Under the pieces are notes generated by a model, which was not told where the DNA came from, did not search any database, and saw nothing but the letters and a program-made list of their open reading frames with translations. From the IMG/VR virus record IMGVR_UViG_3300032218_001677, positions 1 through 64,000 of that record: a DNA stretch of 64,000 nucleotides. One strand, given 5' to 3'. Numbering within the stretch: the stretch's first letter is position 1; each line of letters starts with the position of its first letter. Both the position numbers and the translations under genes were made by a program. This DNA comes from a virus (Duplodnaviria; Caudoviricetes). Positions 34,114 through 43,959 of the stretch are shown piece after piece.

Positions 34114-34617
34114 TCATCTCCACGGGGGAGCAAGTGACTTTAATAGACTTCTTCGTTGCATGTCTATAACTTCTTCTTGAGGGCGGTCTAGGCCCCTAGG
34201 AATGCCTCTAGGACCAGCTTTGCCATCATTAGTTAATCTTACCGGTTCAGCCCCTGGAGGGGCAAATTTGAGGCCCTGTGACTGAAGCACCAAGCCTGTT
34301 TGTAAGTTAAACTCATCTGGCCAGAGATAGTCACCAGCATTGATCCTCTCACCTTTGTGGACACCACGGGTGTAAGGACGGGTATTAGTACGTTGTACAG
34401 CATTTAGAATCTTATCTTGTCGGCGGTTAGACGACATAGTGCCCAAATAACCATCTGGATACTGAGTGTCCGGAGAACCACCCCATGCTGAAAGTTGTGC
34501 GTCTTTAGCATTACGAAAGGTAGGTGTGGGACCTAATAGTGGTTGGCTCTCTGGGGTGTACGGATCGTACCCTCCACCCCAATCAGTAAATGTCTGCTGG
34601 TTTGGACTAGCGGCCAT
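34114..34617 (-). CDS. Hypothetical protein
   Basis: 167-aa ORF; RBS GGAG. Confidence 0.7.
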   Translation of the reverse strand: MAASPNQQTFTDWGGGYDPYTPESQPLLGPTPTFRNAKDAQLSAWGGSPDTQYPDGYLGTMSSNRRQDKILNAVQRTNTRPYTRGVHKGERINAGDYLWPDEFNLQTGLVLQSQGLKFAPPGAEPVRLTNDGKAGPRGIPRGLDRPQEEVIDMQRRSLLKSLAPPWR

Positions 34618-34756
34618 TTACTCCACCAAACGCTCCAAGAATACCACCTTGTCCTCCACCAACATTAGAAATTGGTTTTGGGCGTGGTGTAACCTTCTTA
34701 ACTACTTTTTTAGTAACCTTTTTCTTAGAAGTTGAAGAAGTCTTCTTTGAGGCCAT
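34607..34756 (-). CDS. Small Lys-rich protein (49 aa)
   Basis: Manual translation MASKKTSSTSKKKVTKKVVKKVTPRPKP...GGILGAFGG; RBS AAGGA. Confidence 0.5.
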   Translation of the reverse strand: MASKKTSSTSKKKVTKKVVKKVTPRPKPISNVGGGQGGILGAFGGVNGR

Positions 34757-34936
34757 GACGGTCCTTTTCTTTACGTTTCTGTTTGCGTTCTAGCTTATCT
34801 TGTTCTTCGTATATATCGTCAAACTCATCATCTAAATGTGGTGAATTAGCTAGCTTGCGCCAATCATCATTGTTATACTTACGCATAATTAAATAGCATA
34901 CCTTTACCTAGTGTTAGTGTGTACCATTATAGGTTA

Positions 34937-37900
34937 TTAATTTCCAATGGTAGCTCCGGTTGCTCTTGAACGCAACAACTGACCAGCTACCGTGCTTATG
35001 GCACTGTTTCTATCTGCTGTTAACTTTTCGTGTTGCTTTCTCTGTCGACCAAGTTCTCTTGCATTAGTAACTGGGCCTTCATCAGTTGTGGAGTGTATCA
35101 TTTCTCCAACTTCGGATTCTGTGGGCTTATAATCTGGATTTGCTATTATTTTTCTACCAGCTTCCCCACTTTTACCAACTGCATAACTATCATCTATAGT
35201 TTTGCTCATAGGTGTTCTGCTCATTCCACTTTCAGGAATGCCTGATACTGAGCTCATTGTAGGTGCTGGTGGTATTTCCATACTTGGAGCACCAGTACCA
35301 AATATTGCTCCCATTGCATTCAAAGTTCCTTGCATAACTTGAGGAGCAAATTGTTTTGCTTGGGTTACACGTGCATAAGACTCATTTGGGGTAGTTCTAA
35401 GTACATGTGCATGACGTTGTATTGCAGTTTGGTGTTCTGGCGATACAACTGCATTCTTTACAAGAGATCCATAACCAGCAGGCATTGGTGCCGGTGTTGG
35501 GTCTTTTTCAAAGAAAGTTTCAGGTTTTGAATAGTTTTGTGGACTTGGCCCAGATACAGCCGGTGGTTTTCTTCCACCAGTTAAATCTGTAAACTGCGGT
35601 GCATTTTGTCTAGCTAATCTACCGCGCATAACAGCTAACTTAGTAGTGTTTTTAGTGTTGAGTTGTGTTCCAATTGAAGTTTGTGCTGAAAGGCTACGAG
35701 GAGTAACAATGCTTTGGTTAATGCCAAGTGCTTTTGCTAAGTTAGCTCTATCCACTGACGCTTCTGGAATAGTAAATCTTTGGTTAGCTCTTGATGGAGC
35801 GGTAGTGTCGTCACCAACAACAGTAACATCCCCATACTCTCTTTCGGTTGATGTTCCTTCAGCAACAGGGGTATTTTGATCCATTCGATCACCGGCTGTT
35901 GCTACTTCCCCAAATTGTAAACTGGTTAAACCAGATATTCTAGCTGATGGTGATACTGGTGTAAACCTACCAGTTGCGTTTAAGGCCAAGTGAATAATGT
36001 CTTCTGGAGCAAACCCAGCTAAGTTTACTCTATTTGCAATTTCACGTCGTTGTCCTGGTGCTATCTTTTCAGTTACTCTGGGAAGTCCTTGTATTCTTAC
36101 ATATTCACCTGTTCCAGTTTTTGTATTAAAGGTGTTGCCTAAAACATCAAGTGCCGAAACTGGTGTAGCACCAAGACTTTTAGCGTTTTCTTCTGTTGCA
36201 GCAAAAACTTCTGCTTGACCAGTTGGAGCAGTTATTACATCTCCAGTTTCTGGGTGTCGTGCTAGGGTTCCTGGATCTTTTGGAACAGTTCTAGTAAGTT
36301 GTTTACCATCTTCTCCTAGTTCTGGGACTTTATTACCGTCTTTATCAAGAACATGTAGTTTGGACGTTCCCACATGCTTACCATCTGCGTTATACCTCTT
36401 AACTTCTTGCATTTTAAATACAGGTTCTTCTACGGTTTCTTCTGAAGGCGGGGTTTCCCATACTGGCATTTGTTTTTGTTGTAATACAGGTACCTTTTTT
36501 GGAAGTGAAGTTCTACCAAAGAAGCCTCTAGGTGCAGGGCCACCACGAACTGCTCGACTTTCACCAACTTTTGGTGTGTCTGGTCCTTGTTGAAGTACCC
36601 GTTCCGTTGGGTCTTCTGTCATTGTAGTTGTTGTTGCAGCTCTTGGGTTAATGTAATGCCCTTCAAATTTTGAAGGAACCATAGAAGCAATATGGCTTTC
36701 CAAGGACGCAATGGCGTCTTCATTCAGGCCTTGCTCATCTTTAGCGGCATCATAGTCTGCGTTTTCACGAAGGTCACCCATTTGAGCGGCTGTACCAATT
36801 TGTTCAGAGATGCGTTGTCTTTCGCTTTTTCTCCATTCAAGCTCGTTCTTATGACCTGTTAATTGCTCTTCACTAACGAAGTTATCAGGATGGGTTTCAG
36901 GAGTACCTACTGGTTCACGTCCAACTTTGTTATAAGCTATTTGTCCTCTTTCACGCGTTTTTGGAGCAGAGGAAATTGGGTTAACAATACTCTTATGAAG
37001 AGCTTTAAGAACATCTACTCTAGTGTTAATATCTAATTCATCATTAATTGAATCCTCTAACTCTAGGGGGATGGGTGCACCCTCAGCGTCTGTTACAGGG
37101 TTTTGTCGTATATCTTTTTTTAGACCGGCTTTAGCTTCAAGAGCAGCAATATGCTCTTCCATCGCTTTCTTTCCAGCTTTAGTAATTTCTCTCTTATGAG
37201 TAAGCTTCGTTAATCTATGTTGTTCTTTTTCTTCTTTAGTAGCATTACTTCTAAGTACTCCTAATTTAGTGTAACTAGGGTTTATCATGCCGGTTTTTGC
37301 ATCAACTGCTTTTGGATGTTGCATAAGTGGGTCGTCACTATTAAGCAACGTGTGCATTTCTTGTTCTGCTTTTTTACGAACACTCTGAAGTTCCGAAAAG
37401 TCACGTAAAGCTTGTTCAACATGAGGCTTACGCTCATTTAAGGCATTAACCTGAGTTAATAGCCGTTCACCTTCTTCTTTGTGAGCGATACTGTCGTACT
37501 CATCAGTAAGAGCATGCTCTTCAGCTCTTTCTTTTGACATCTTTCCAGCAGCAACTTGTTGTGCATCAAACTGATTACGACTTAATAATGCTGGTTTATA
37601 ACCAGCTGCTTTTTCTGCTATACGCTGTCTTGCAGCTGGTTCTACTGCTGATGCAGAAATGGCTCCTAGCCATGCAGGCAATCCACTGTTCTTTATTATA
37701 TCTTGACCAACTTCTTGTGTGGTCTTGCCTGTAGCAATTATGCCTCCTGCGGTAGCTTTCATTTTACGAAGAACACCAGGTTCAGTCAATTCACCTTTTT
37801 CATCCACTTTTACAGAAGGTGCAAAGTCAAGAGCATCATCCATACTGTCTGCGTTGTTACTTATTAAATCCCCAAGTTTTGCTTTAATACCATCTGGTAA

Positions 37901-40315
37901 AGCTTCGCTACCACCGGCTGTTAGGTTGCTTCGGCCTGAACCAATTCTATAATCATTTCCTTGAACGTAGTATGCAGGTACAGACATTGAACGCTCAGAT
38001 GCGTCTTGAGCCATTTCCTGTAGAACTATGTTATTTTCTCCACTTACAAAAGAACTAGGGCGTCTAAGAATAGTTCTCTTAGGCTTACCTCTACCAGTAC
38101 TCTTTTGTTGGAGTGTGCTACCTTTTGGAGCAGCAACTACTGCTACTGGGTCTAATCCAATATCAGTTGAAGTTCTACCAATTCGACTTGGAGATTCACT
38201 TCTAAGTCCGGCACTTCCAAGACCAGCTTTCCTTGCCTCTGTGATTGACTTTACGTTAAACTCAGCTTCAGATATTTGTGCGTCTAGAGCATCATGATCT
38301 TCTTGAGAAAAGTTTGTTCTATCTGTACTATGTAGTTCTTCTAACTTATTTTGTGCATCAAAAACACGACTTTCGGTTAACTCAGGGTTATTCTTTTCAA
38401 ACTCGAGTACTTTACCCTTGTTAACTTGTAACAGTTTCGAATCTGATTTTGCTTCAGCATTTACTATAGCTTCTTCAGCTACGTTATTACCTTTTTCAGT
38501 GTTACCGGTTATAACACTGTTTGGGGGGACACTATTGTAGGTTTCATCAGTAGCTTTTGTTAAATCATTTGTTTGTACTTCCTGTGTGTCTTTTTTCCAT
38601 ACTTTTTTAGCTTTTCCACTACTATCTGTTTTAGTTCTTTGCTGACCAGTAACTGGGTCAATGTCCGGAACTCTTTTAATGATAGTTTTTCCTCTTCTTG
38701 TATAGAATGTTCTGTCTTTATAAACAGGTGCCGGGGCTCCTCTAGTTTCTTCTCCTGCCCGAAGTCTGAGGGCGTTTAAGTCAAACTGTGATGATAGAGC
38801 TCCAGCTCTACGAATACGTTCTCTATCTTCTGGGGCTACTTTATCTAATTCTTTTTCAGAACGTGTGCGCTCTTCATCTGAAAGTTGGGTGCCTTCTTCG
38901 GCTAGGGCTTCAGATACAGGGTTGGCCGTTGGGGGATTTACAATTTCATTACCTTGAAGCATGTATTGTGATAATGCTTCTGCATTTAAAGCGTTTAAAG
39001 CAATTTCTGATCGTACAGTACCACCTTTTCTAGCTCTGTCAAGAACATCTGCTGCGGCTGTTTCACCTTTAACTCTTTCAGCTAACACGTTATTAGCAGT
39101 ATCTGTTCGTTTAGCAAGATCTTGGGTACCGGTCCACATACCAACTGATGCTTCTGTGGTAGCGGGGGTATCACTACGTTGTTCAATTGGGAGATCTGAC
39201 TCATCTCTTTGGGGACCTTCTTGCATGTTTGTTGGTGCAAGCTCTTCATCTGGGGTATCTCCCCAGCCTTCCATATACAGAATATGGGAAACATAATCTT
39301 TATTATTTGGTTTACCATCATTACCATGCCCCGTACGACTATACCTATCTCCACGGGCTTTACTTGGAATAAACCCACTGCCTCGTAAACTACTTAAAAT
39401 TTCTTGCACATGTGGAAGAGCTGCGTCTTCTTGATGTACTTCTGGTTTTTGAGATTTTTTAGGGTCATTTGTAGGATTTGAGTGACCCTCTTCTCCAGGT
39501 CGTACAATACGAATATGGCCTGCATCAACTGCTGCTTTAAGTAACCAATCTGCTCGTTGCCTTCTTGGAGTAAGGCCAGTACCTTTTTGGATCATAGGTA
39601 TGGTGTTACCAAGAGCACTATTTTCTCCTAAATCTTTAGCAAGATCAGTAGCGTCTGAAAACTTAGAGTCATCACTTTTACGTATGTTTGCCTCAATAGG
39701 CAGTACCGGACTCTCTTTACCGGCTTTCCCAGTAGGAGTTGTTTTAGTTACTTTCTTTGTCTTTTTTGCACCTTTACGAACAGGAACATCAGTTGTTACA
39801 GTTTGCTTTGTACCACCAACAACTCGGGTAGTACCATCAGCATCTGTAACTTTTTCACGACCTTGTGAGGCAAGGACTACTCTTTCCTTAACTTCAGCAA
39901 TATCAGTGCTAGTTGGAAAGTTTTTCATAAAAGTTTTTTTATTTTTTGCTACTTTTCTGAGTTCTCTTTCAGTACCAAGTTGTTGTATTTCAGATTCAGC
40001 TACAGCTGCTCCTCTATCAGCAGCTCTTGCAGAACCACGCTTTTCTCGGTCCGGGTTATCCCTATTTCGCTTAATTTCTGCTTCAATAGCAGAAGCTGCC
40101 ACATCCTTATGCCTTCCCATAAGGGCTCGTACAGCTTTACTAGCCTGTCCAAGTAAAGGTCTGTAGCTGGGGTCTGCTTCTACCGCGCTCTTTTTACCAC
40201 TTTCACCAATTTCATAAAAACCTTTAGATGCCTCAAGCAACTTTTTGTAGATTGCTTGGTCTTCTGCAGACAATAGTTCAATTTCGGCCTGTGTGGGGGC
40301 GGTTTGCTTTGCCAT
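34937..40315 (-). CDS. Giant (1792 aa) multidomain, largely low-complexity protein with an embedded GreA-like coiled coil
   Basis: Uninterrupted ORF with RBS GGAGA; contains RISEQIGTAAQMGDLRENADYDAAKDEQGLNEDAIASLE. Confidence 0.85.
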   Translation of the reverse strand: MAKQTAPTQAEIELLSAEDQAIYKKLLEASKGFYEIGESGKKSAVEADPSYRPLLGQASKAVRALMGRHKDVAASAIEAEIKRNRDNPDREKRGSARAADRGAAVAESEIQQLGTERELRKVAKNKKTFMKNFPTSTDIAEVKERVVLASQGREKVTDADGTTRVVGGTKQTVTTDVPVRKGAKKTKKVTKTTPTGKAGKESPVLPIEANIRKSDDSKFSDATDLAKDLGENSALGNTIPMIQKGTGLTPRRQRADWLLKAAVDAGHIRIVRPGEEGHSNPTNDPKKSQKPEVHQEDAALPHVQEILSSLRGSGFIPSKARGDRYSRTGHGNDGKPNNKDYVSHILYMEGWGDTPDEELAPTNMQEGPQRDESDLPIEQRSDTPATTEASVGMWTGTQDLAKRTDTANNVLAERVKGETAAADVLDRARKGGTVRSEIALNALNAEALSQYMLQGNEIVNPPTANPVSEALAEEGTQLSDEERTRSEKELDKVAPEDRERIRRAGALSSQFDLNALRLRAGEETRGAPAPVYKDRTFYTRRGKTIIKRVPDIDPVTGQQRTKTDSSGKAKKVWKKDTQEVQTNDLTKATDETYNSVPPNSVITGNTEKGNNVAEEAIVNAEAKSDSKLLQVNKGKVLEFEKNNPELTESRVFDAQNKLEELHSTDRTNFSQEDHDALDAQISEAEFNVKSITEARKAGLGSAGLRSESPSRIGRTSTDIGLDPVAVVAAPKGSTLQQKSTGRGKPKRTILRRPSSFVSGENNIVLQEMAQDASERSMSVPAYYVQGNDYRIGSGRSNLTAGGSEALPDGIKAKLGDLISNNADSMDDALDFAPSVKVDEKGELTEPGVLRKMKATAGGIIATGKTTQEVGQDIIKNSGLPAWLGAISASAVEPAARQRIAEKAAGYKPALLSRNQFDAQQVAAGKMSKERAEEHALTDEYDSIAHKEEGERLLTQVNALNERKPHVEQALRDFSELQSVRKKAEQEMHTLLNSDDPLMQHPKAVDAKTGMINPSYTKLGVLRSNATKEEKEQHRLTKLTHKREITKAGKKAMEEHIAALEAKAGLKKDIRQNPVTDAEGAPIPLELEDSINDELDINTRVDVLKALHKSIVNPISSAPKTRERGQIAYNKVGREPVGTPETHPDNFVSEEQLTGHKNELEWRKSERQRISEQIGTAAQMGDLRENADYDAAKDEQGLNEDAIASLESHIASMVPSKFEGHYINPRAATTTTMTEDPTERVLQQGPDTPKVGESRAVRGGPAPRGFFGRTSLPKKVPVLQQKQMPVWETPPSEETVEEPVFKMQEVKRYNADGKHVGTSKLHVLDKDGNKVPELGEDGKQLTRTVPKDPGTLARHPETGDVITAPTGQAEVFAATEENAKSLGATPVSALDVLGNTFNTKTGTGEYVRIQGLPRVTEKIAPGQRREIANRVNLAGFAPEDIIHLALNATGRFTPVSPSARISGLTSLQFGEVATAGDRMDQNTPVAEGTSTEREYGDVTVVGDDTTAPSRANQRFTIPEASVDRANLAKALGINQSIVTPRSLSAQTSIGTQLNTKNTTKLAVMRGRLARQNAPQFTDLTGGRKPPAVSGPSPQNYSKPETFFEKDPTPAPMPAGYGSLVKNAVVSPEHQTAIQRHAHVLRTTPNESYARVTQAKQFAPQVMQGTLNAMGAIFGTGAPSMEIPPAPTMSSVSGIPESGMSRTPMSKTIDDSYAVGKSGEAGRKIIANPDYKPTESEVGEMIHSTTDEGPVTNARELGRQRKQHEKLTADRNSAISTVAGQLLRSRATGATIGN

Positions 40316-40377
40316 GTGGAAGGTCTCCTAGATAGTGAAAGACAAGATAAACAATAATACCACTTTATATGTATGTA

Positions 40378-40659
40378 TTATCGTTCGACAGGCCTAAAAG
40401 CAATAGCTGATATGGTCTCTCCATTGTCACCTTCAATATCATCAAAGCCAATGACAAAGCATAGGTCTACGCCTCGAGGGGCTACAAAACCTCGGGCAAT
40501 TGCACAAGCTTTAACAGCTTGGTTTACAGCACTTGCACCGATAGCTCGCATCTTTGGGTGCTGTCCAGCAATTACTGCTCGGGCTACGATAGAGCCAACA
40601 CTCTGGGGGTTGCTGCTACCGGAAACTTTTACAACATCGTCTACATTATCTTGTGACAT
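40378..40659 (-). CDS. spoVS: Stage V sporulation protein S (SpoVS) family, Alba-like fold
   Basis: VVKVSGSSNPQSVGSIVA...MRAIGASAVNQAVKACAIARGFVAPRGVDL...GF.DI.G...ISAI. Confidence 0.9.
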   Translation of the reverse strand: MSQDNVDDVVKVSGSSNPQSVGSIVARAVIAGQHPKMRAIGASAVNQAVKACAIARGFVAPRGVDLCFVIGFDDIEGDNGETISAIAFRPVER

Positions 40660-40703
40660 GGTTTACTCCATATAGTTAAAGGGTTGTTATCAACCCTTTA
40701 ATT

Positions 40704-41066
40704 TTACGAGTAACCACCCTCTTGTAGCAGTGTAACGAAATCATCTAACCTCATCACAACGTAAGTATCACCTAATGCTTTTTCGCCTTTACCAGCGCGT
40801 TTAACAACTAAGGCAGGCATCGACTTTCCTAGCCTATTAGCTTGCTCTACTGTAGCATCTAACCAACCACTTAAGTTTAACTTACGTTGGTTTTTACATT
40901 GTATAGCAAGCTCTCGTTCTTGCCCCTCGTTCCGGATACCATTGATATCGCCGGTGTCTTCTCCACCCTTTAAGACTGTGCGGGATGCTTTAAGGAAGCC
41001 TTTAGAGTTAAGGTATTTACGTATGGCTGTTTCAAAGGAAGTTCCTTTTTGTTTAGCCGCTGACAT
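40704..41066 (-). CDS. Holliday junction resolvase, Hjc-like PD-(D/E)xK
   Basis: KQKGTSFET...DTGDI...IQCKN. Confidence 0.8.
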   Translation of the reverse strand: MSAAKQKGTSFETAIRKYLNSKGFLKASRTVLKGGEDTGDINGIRNEGQERELAIQCKNQRKLNLSGWLDATVEQANRLGKSMPALVVKRAGKGEKALGDTYVVMRLDDFVTLLQEGGYS

Positions 41067-41238
41067 TCTTGGTGTCCTTTATTACATTTCTAATTTCTAT
41101 AAGAAGCGCTTTAATTTCTTTAAGGGTTTCATTAACTTCGTTAATTGGCCCAACTGACGCACGAGCATTAGCGGCTTGACGCATACGTTCATTTGCTTCT
41201 CTAGCGTTCTGAGCTCCAATTTCATTCCATGTTGGCAT
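41053..41238 (-). CDS. Small coiled-coil protein
   Basis: Start reassigned to MPTWNE after GGAG. Confidence 0.55.
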   Translation of the reverse strand: MPTWNEIGAQNAREANERMRQAANARASVGPINEVNETLKEIKALLIEIRNVIKDTKNVSG

Positions 41239-41239
41239 A

Positions 41240-41746
41240 TCATGCTCCAAATCTTGATGTACGTTGTTCTTTACTGTGCAAACCAATTCTACGACTAAGC
41301 TCTCGTGAAAGCAACTGTGCTCCACGTTCGCATGAATCAAACAATGCTTCTAATAGCTTTCTGTACGCTCTAGAAACTTGGTATTTCTCTTGTTGAGACA
41401 AGACGCGGGAATCTACATCTCTTTTTGCTTTTGCGATAGTAACGCGATCCCCCTTGGCATCTGCTCCCCACTGCTCTATTAAAACCTTTGCCTCTGTAAC
41501 CCGACATTGATTACCCTCTCTGTCTTCTTCAATCTCTGCTTGAACTAGTTGCCCTTTAAGGTACGAAACCCATGCCATAAATTCTGTATATACGTTCATG
41601 AGATCTCTATCATCCATGTCGTCTAGATCATTAGGTAGATCTGGTGGAGAATCTGATGGGCGCGTTGGCAACGTAAACTTAGTTTTAAATCGTGTAAGTG
41701 CTGGGCCTTCATCTTCAACTTTAGGGATTACTCTCATTTCCAGCAT
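41240..41746 (-). CDS. Helical hypothetical protein in the recombination module
   Basis: 168-aa ORF; RBS AAGGA. Confidence 0.65.
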   Translation of the reverse strand: MLEMRVIPKVEDEGPALTRFKTKFTLPTRPSDSPPDLPNDLDDMDDRDLMNVYTEFMAWVSYLKGQLVQAEIEEDREGNQCRVTEAKVLIEQWGADAKGDRVTIAKAKRDVDSRVLSQQEKYQVSRAYRKLLEALFDSCERGAQLLSRELSRRIGLHSKEQRTSRFGA

Positions 41747-42603
41747 TCCTTTTTATATGGACAGAACTTACATCCACTAGAGTTTTTGTCATATGCCCAA
41801 TCTGGTGTATCAGGAAGGGTGTCTTCTTCTAAATGATACATAACTGTTTTACAGTTGTCCAGAATTGGTTGCATAATTTCTTCTTGGTAGTTTACCGTGA
41901 ATTCTTTTACCTCTTGGGTAGGTTTCCATTCGTAAATAAACACAATACTGTCGTGGCCTGTGCAGTACATATATACATGTCCTTGTCGAACATGAGAAGC
42001 AAAAGGTTTTTTAATGTTTTTCCATAGACCATCAAGAGTAAGTTCACCACTTGAGTAGGCCTTAAAAAGAGTTGGGTGATCCCATCTAACAGTTCCTAAC
42101 CCTACGCTTTTTATCTCAATAAGGGCTCTACCTTCCGCATCCACCACTTCTCCATCGGCGTGACCGAGTATTCGGTGTGCATCGTTACGTACAGGTACCT
42201 CCCTATAACGAAAGGCATCACTAGAACAAACAGGACAACACTCAGGAGAAACGCCTTCCCAGCGTTCATGGCAAGCTTCACATTCCCAGGTGCCACCAAG
42301 AATGCCAGCTTGCTGAATCCACTTTTGCCATTTTGCATGTATCGCATGGCCCTCCTCAAATATGTTAAGGCGGCTAAAAGCTAGTGATTCATCTGCCGCA
42401 GGGTGTTGTTTAATTTTATACCATGCGGCTCTGGCACACCAGTCTTTTTTGGAAAGTTCTGATGGGTGTAGATGTTCTGTGTCTCTAGTGCTATTGCGCT
42501 CTTTGCTATTAAGAGCCACTTGAGTTTGAATTGCTGGGAGGATTCTTCCCTTAACCTTGGCTAAGTCTTTGTAGTTCTTTGTGTACCACGGGGTATCAGT
42601 CAT
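41734..42603 (-). CDS. Cas4/RecB-like PD-(D/E)xK exonuclease with Fe-S cysteines
   Basis: HPSELSKKDWC, GHADG, LIEIKS, QGHVYM, C-terminal CKFCPYKKEC. Confidence 0.88.
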   Translation of the reverse strand: MTDTPWYTKNYKDLAKVKGRILPAIQTQVALNSKERNSTRDTEHLHPSELSKKDWCARAAWYKIKQHPAADESLAFSRLNIFEEGHAIHAKWQKWIQQAGILGGTWECEACHERWEGVSPECCPVCSSDAFRYREVPVRNDAHRILGHADGEVVDAEGRALIEIKSVGLGTVRWDHPTLFKAYSSGELTLDGLWKNIKKPFASHVRQGHVYMYCTGHDSIVFIYEWKPTQEVKEFTVNYQEEIMQPILDNCKTVMYHLEEDTLPDTPDWAYDKNSSGCKFCPYKKECWK

Positions 42604-42929
42604 TGTTCTCCAAGTAGCATTTGAAAGTCGGCTTCGTTTAGTACTACATAATGACGACCACCTAGGTCAAACTGCAAAACCGGTAGTCTGTCTTCTAGTA
42701 CTGCACGTTGTGTTAACTCTACCAGCTCTTGGGATTTAACTGAGTATGATTTAACATTATTTGTAAGTTTGTTTTCAATAAGAAGTTCATGGGTACGCAC
42801 GTCATTCTTGCGCATCCAACCTGACCCTGATCCTGCATTACGACTACCTTTATATATTTTTGCAGAACGGTTTTCCTGTTTCTTAGAAGCTTTCATTATT
42901 GAACGCTTTTCTTCTTTACCAAACATCAT
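42600..42929 (-). CDS. PD-(D/E)xK nuclease / resolvase-like protein
   Basis: KQENRSAK...GSGSGWMRKNDV...LIENK. Confidence 0.7.
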   Translation of the reverse strand: MMFGKEEKRSIMKASKKQENRSAKIYKGSRNAGSGSGWMRKNDVRTHELLIENKLTNNVKSYSVKSQELVELTQRAVLEDRLPVLQFDLGGRHYVVLNEADFQMLLGEQ

Positions 42930-43945
42930 AGGAAATACTCCGTAGCTTTCTGTCGTAGCTCTGCTTGCATGTCTAGATCTTCACGAACAGCATTGAGTAA
43001 TGCTTCCTTACCTTGCCACTTCTGCCCGTTATAGTTGTAGTACGCCCCACCTCGTGTAATGATTTCTACTGAGATGCAGATGTTAACAATGTCTTTTATT
43101 GTGTCAAATTCTCCAAGTTTAAACCCATTTGCCTCTGAAAAGTAGAAGTCTACGACGGCAACCTGCTGTGGGCGGTATGTCTTATTTTTCATTGTACGAG
43201 CACGGATGGTTTGACCTACTGGCTCATCTTTCTCTTTAATCCACTCGTCACGCTTAACTTCTACTCTGGCAAAGTAGTGGAAGTTCTTGGCCTTACCACC
43301 TGGGGTAGTTCGTGGGTCACCATACATGACGCCAATCTTTTCACGCCATTGATTAATGATCAATCCTGTGCATCCACGGTCTTCTACAACCATTGAGCGT
43401 TTCTGTGCTTTGCTACTCTTACGAAAGAACTTACCTGTAAGACGTGCACCTAAGCCCATTGTGAATTCATCCATCATCTTTTCGGCCTCATCACCTGGTA
43501 CTAGTGCAGGTAAAGAGTCAAGAACAATGCAGTCAACCGCACGGTTTTCCATCGCACGAATAATCAAGTCATATACTTGTTCCATAACGTTGGTTTCAAC
43601 AACCCAAAGGCGGTCAAGATCAACACCGATTGCTTTGGCATAATCAGGTACAAACTCTTCAGCTGCAATCCACATTGCTACCCAATCTGGATCTAATGCT
43701 TGGTTAGCCGCAATGGTTTTATAAGCAAGTGCAGTCTTGCCTGAGGATTCATCTCCAATAATTTCAGACCACTGGTTTGCTGGCCACCCTCCTCCAAGCA
43801 TTAAGTCATAGGCAAGAATACCTGTAGTAATACGAGGTACTTCTTCTTTGACTTGATTACCTTGGACAATTATGTTTTCGCCGTACTTTTTATTGATTGC
43901 GGAGATGATTGAATCAAGGCTCTCGCGTGTTGCATCAATGCGCAT
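42926..43945 (-). CDS. recA: RecA recombinase
   Basis: Start MRIDA after AAGGA; GDESSGKT, IVLDSLPAL, INQWREKIGVMYGDPRTTPGGKA. Confidence 0.95.
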   Translation of the reverse strand: MRIDATRESLDSIISAINKKYGENIIVQGNQVKEEVPRITTGILAYDLMLGGGWPANQWSEIIGDESSGKTALAYKTIAANQALDPDWVAMWIAAEEFVPDYAKAIGVDLDRLWVVETNVMEQVYDLIIRAMENRAVDCIVLDSLPALVPGDEAEKMMDEFTMGLGARLTGKFFRKSSKAQKRSMVVEDRGCTGLIINQWREKIGVMYGDPRTTPGGKAKNFHYFARVEVKRDEWIKEKDEPVGQTIRARTMKNKTYRPQQVAVVDFYFSEANGFKLGEFDTIKDIVNICISVEIITRGGAYYNYNGQKWQGKEALLNAVREDLDMQAELRQKATEYFL

Positions 43946-43959
43946 TTGTTTCCTTTTTG

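Noticed and set aside
39600-40166. Plus-strand 188-aa ORF and similar ORFs opposite the giant gene
   Set aside because: Antisense shadows with no RBS or motif support
41734-42603. Cas4-like nuclease as evidence of a CRISPR system
   Set aside because: It sits among recA and resolvase genes, as is usual for phage exonucleases; no cas1, cas2 or array
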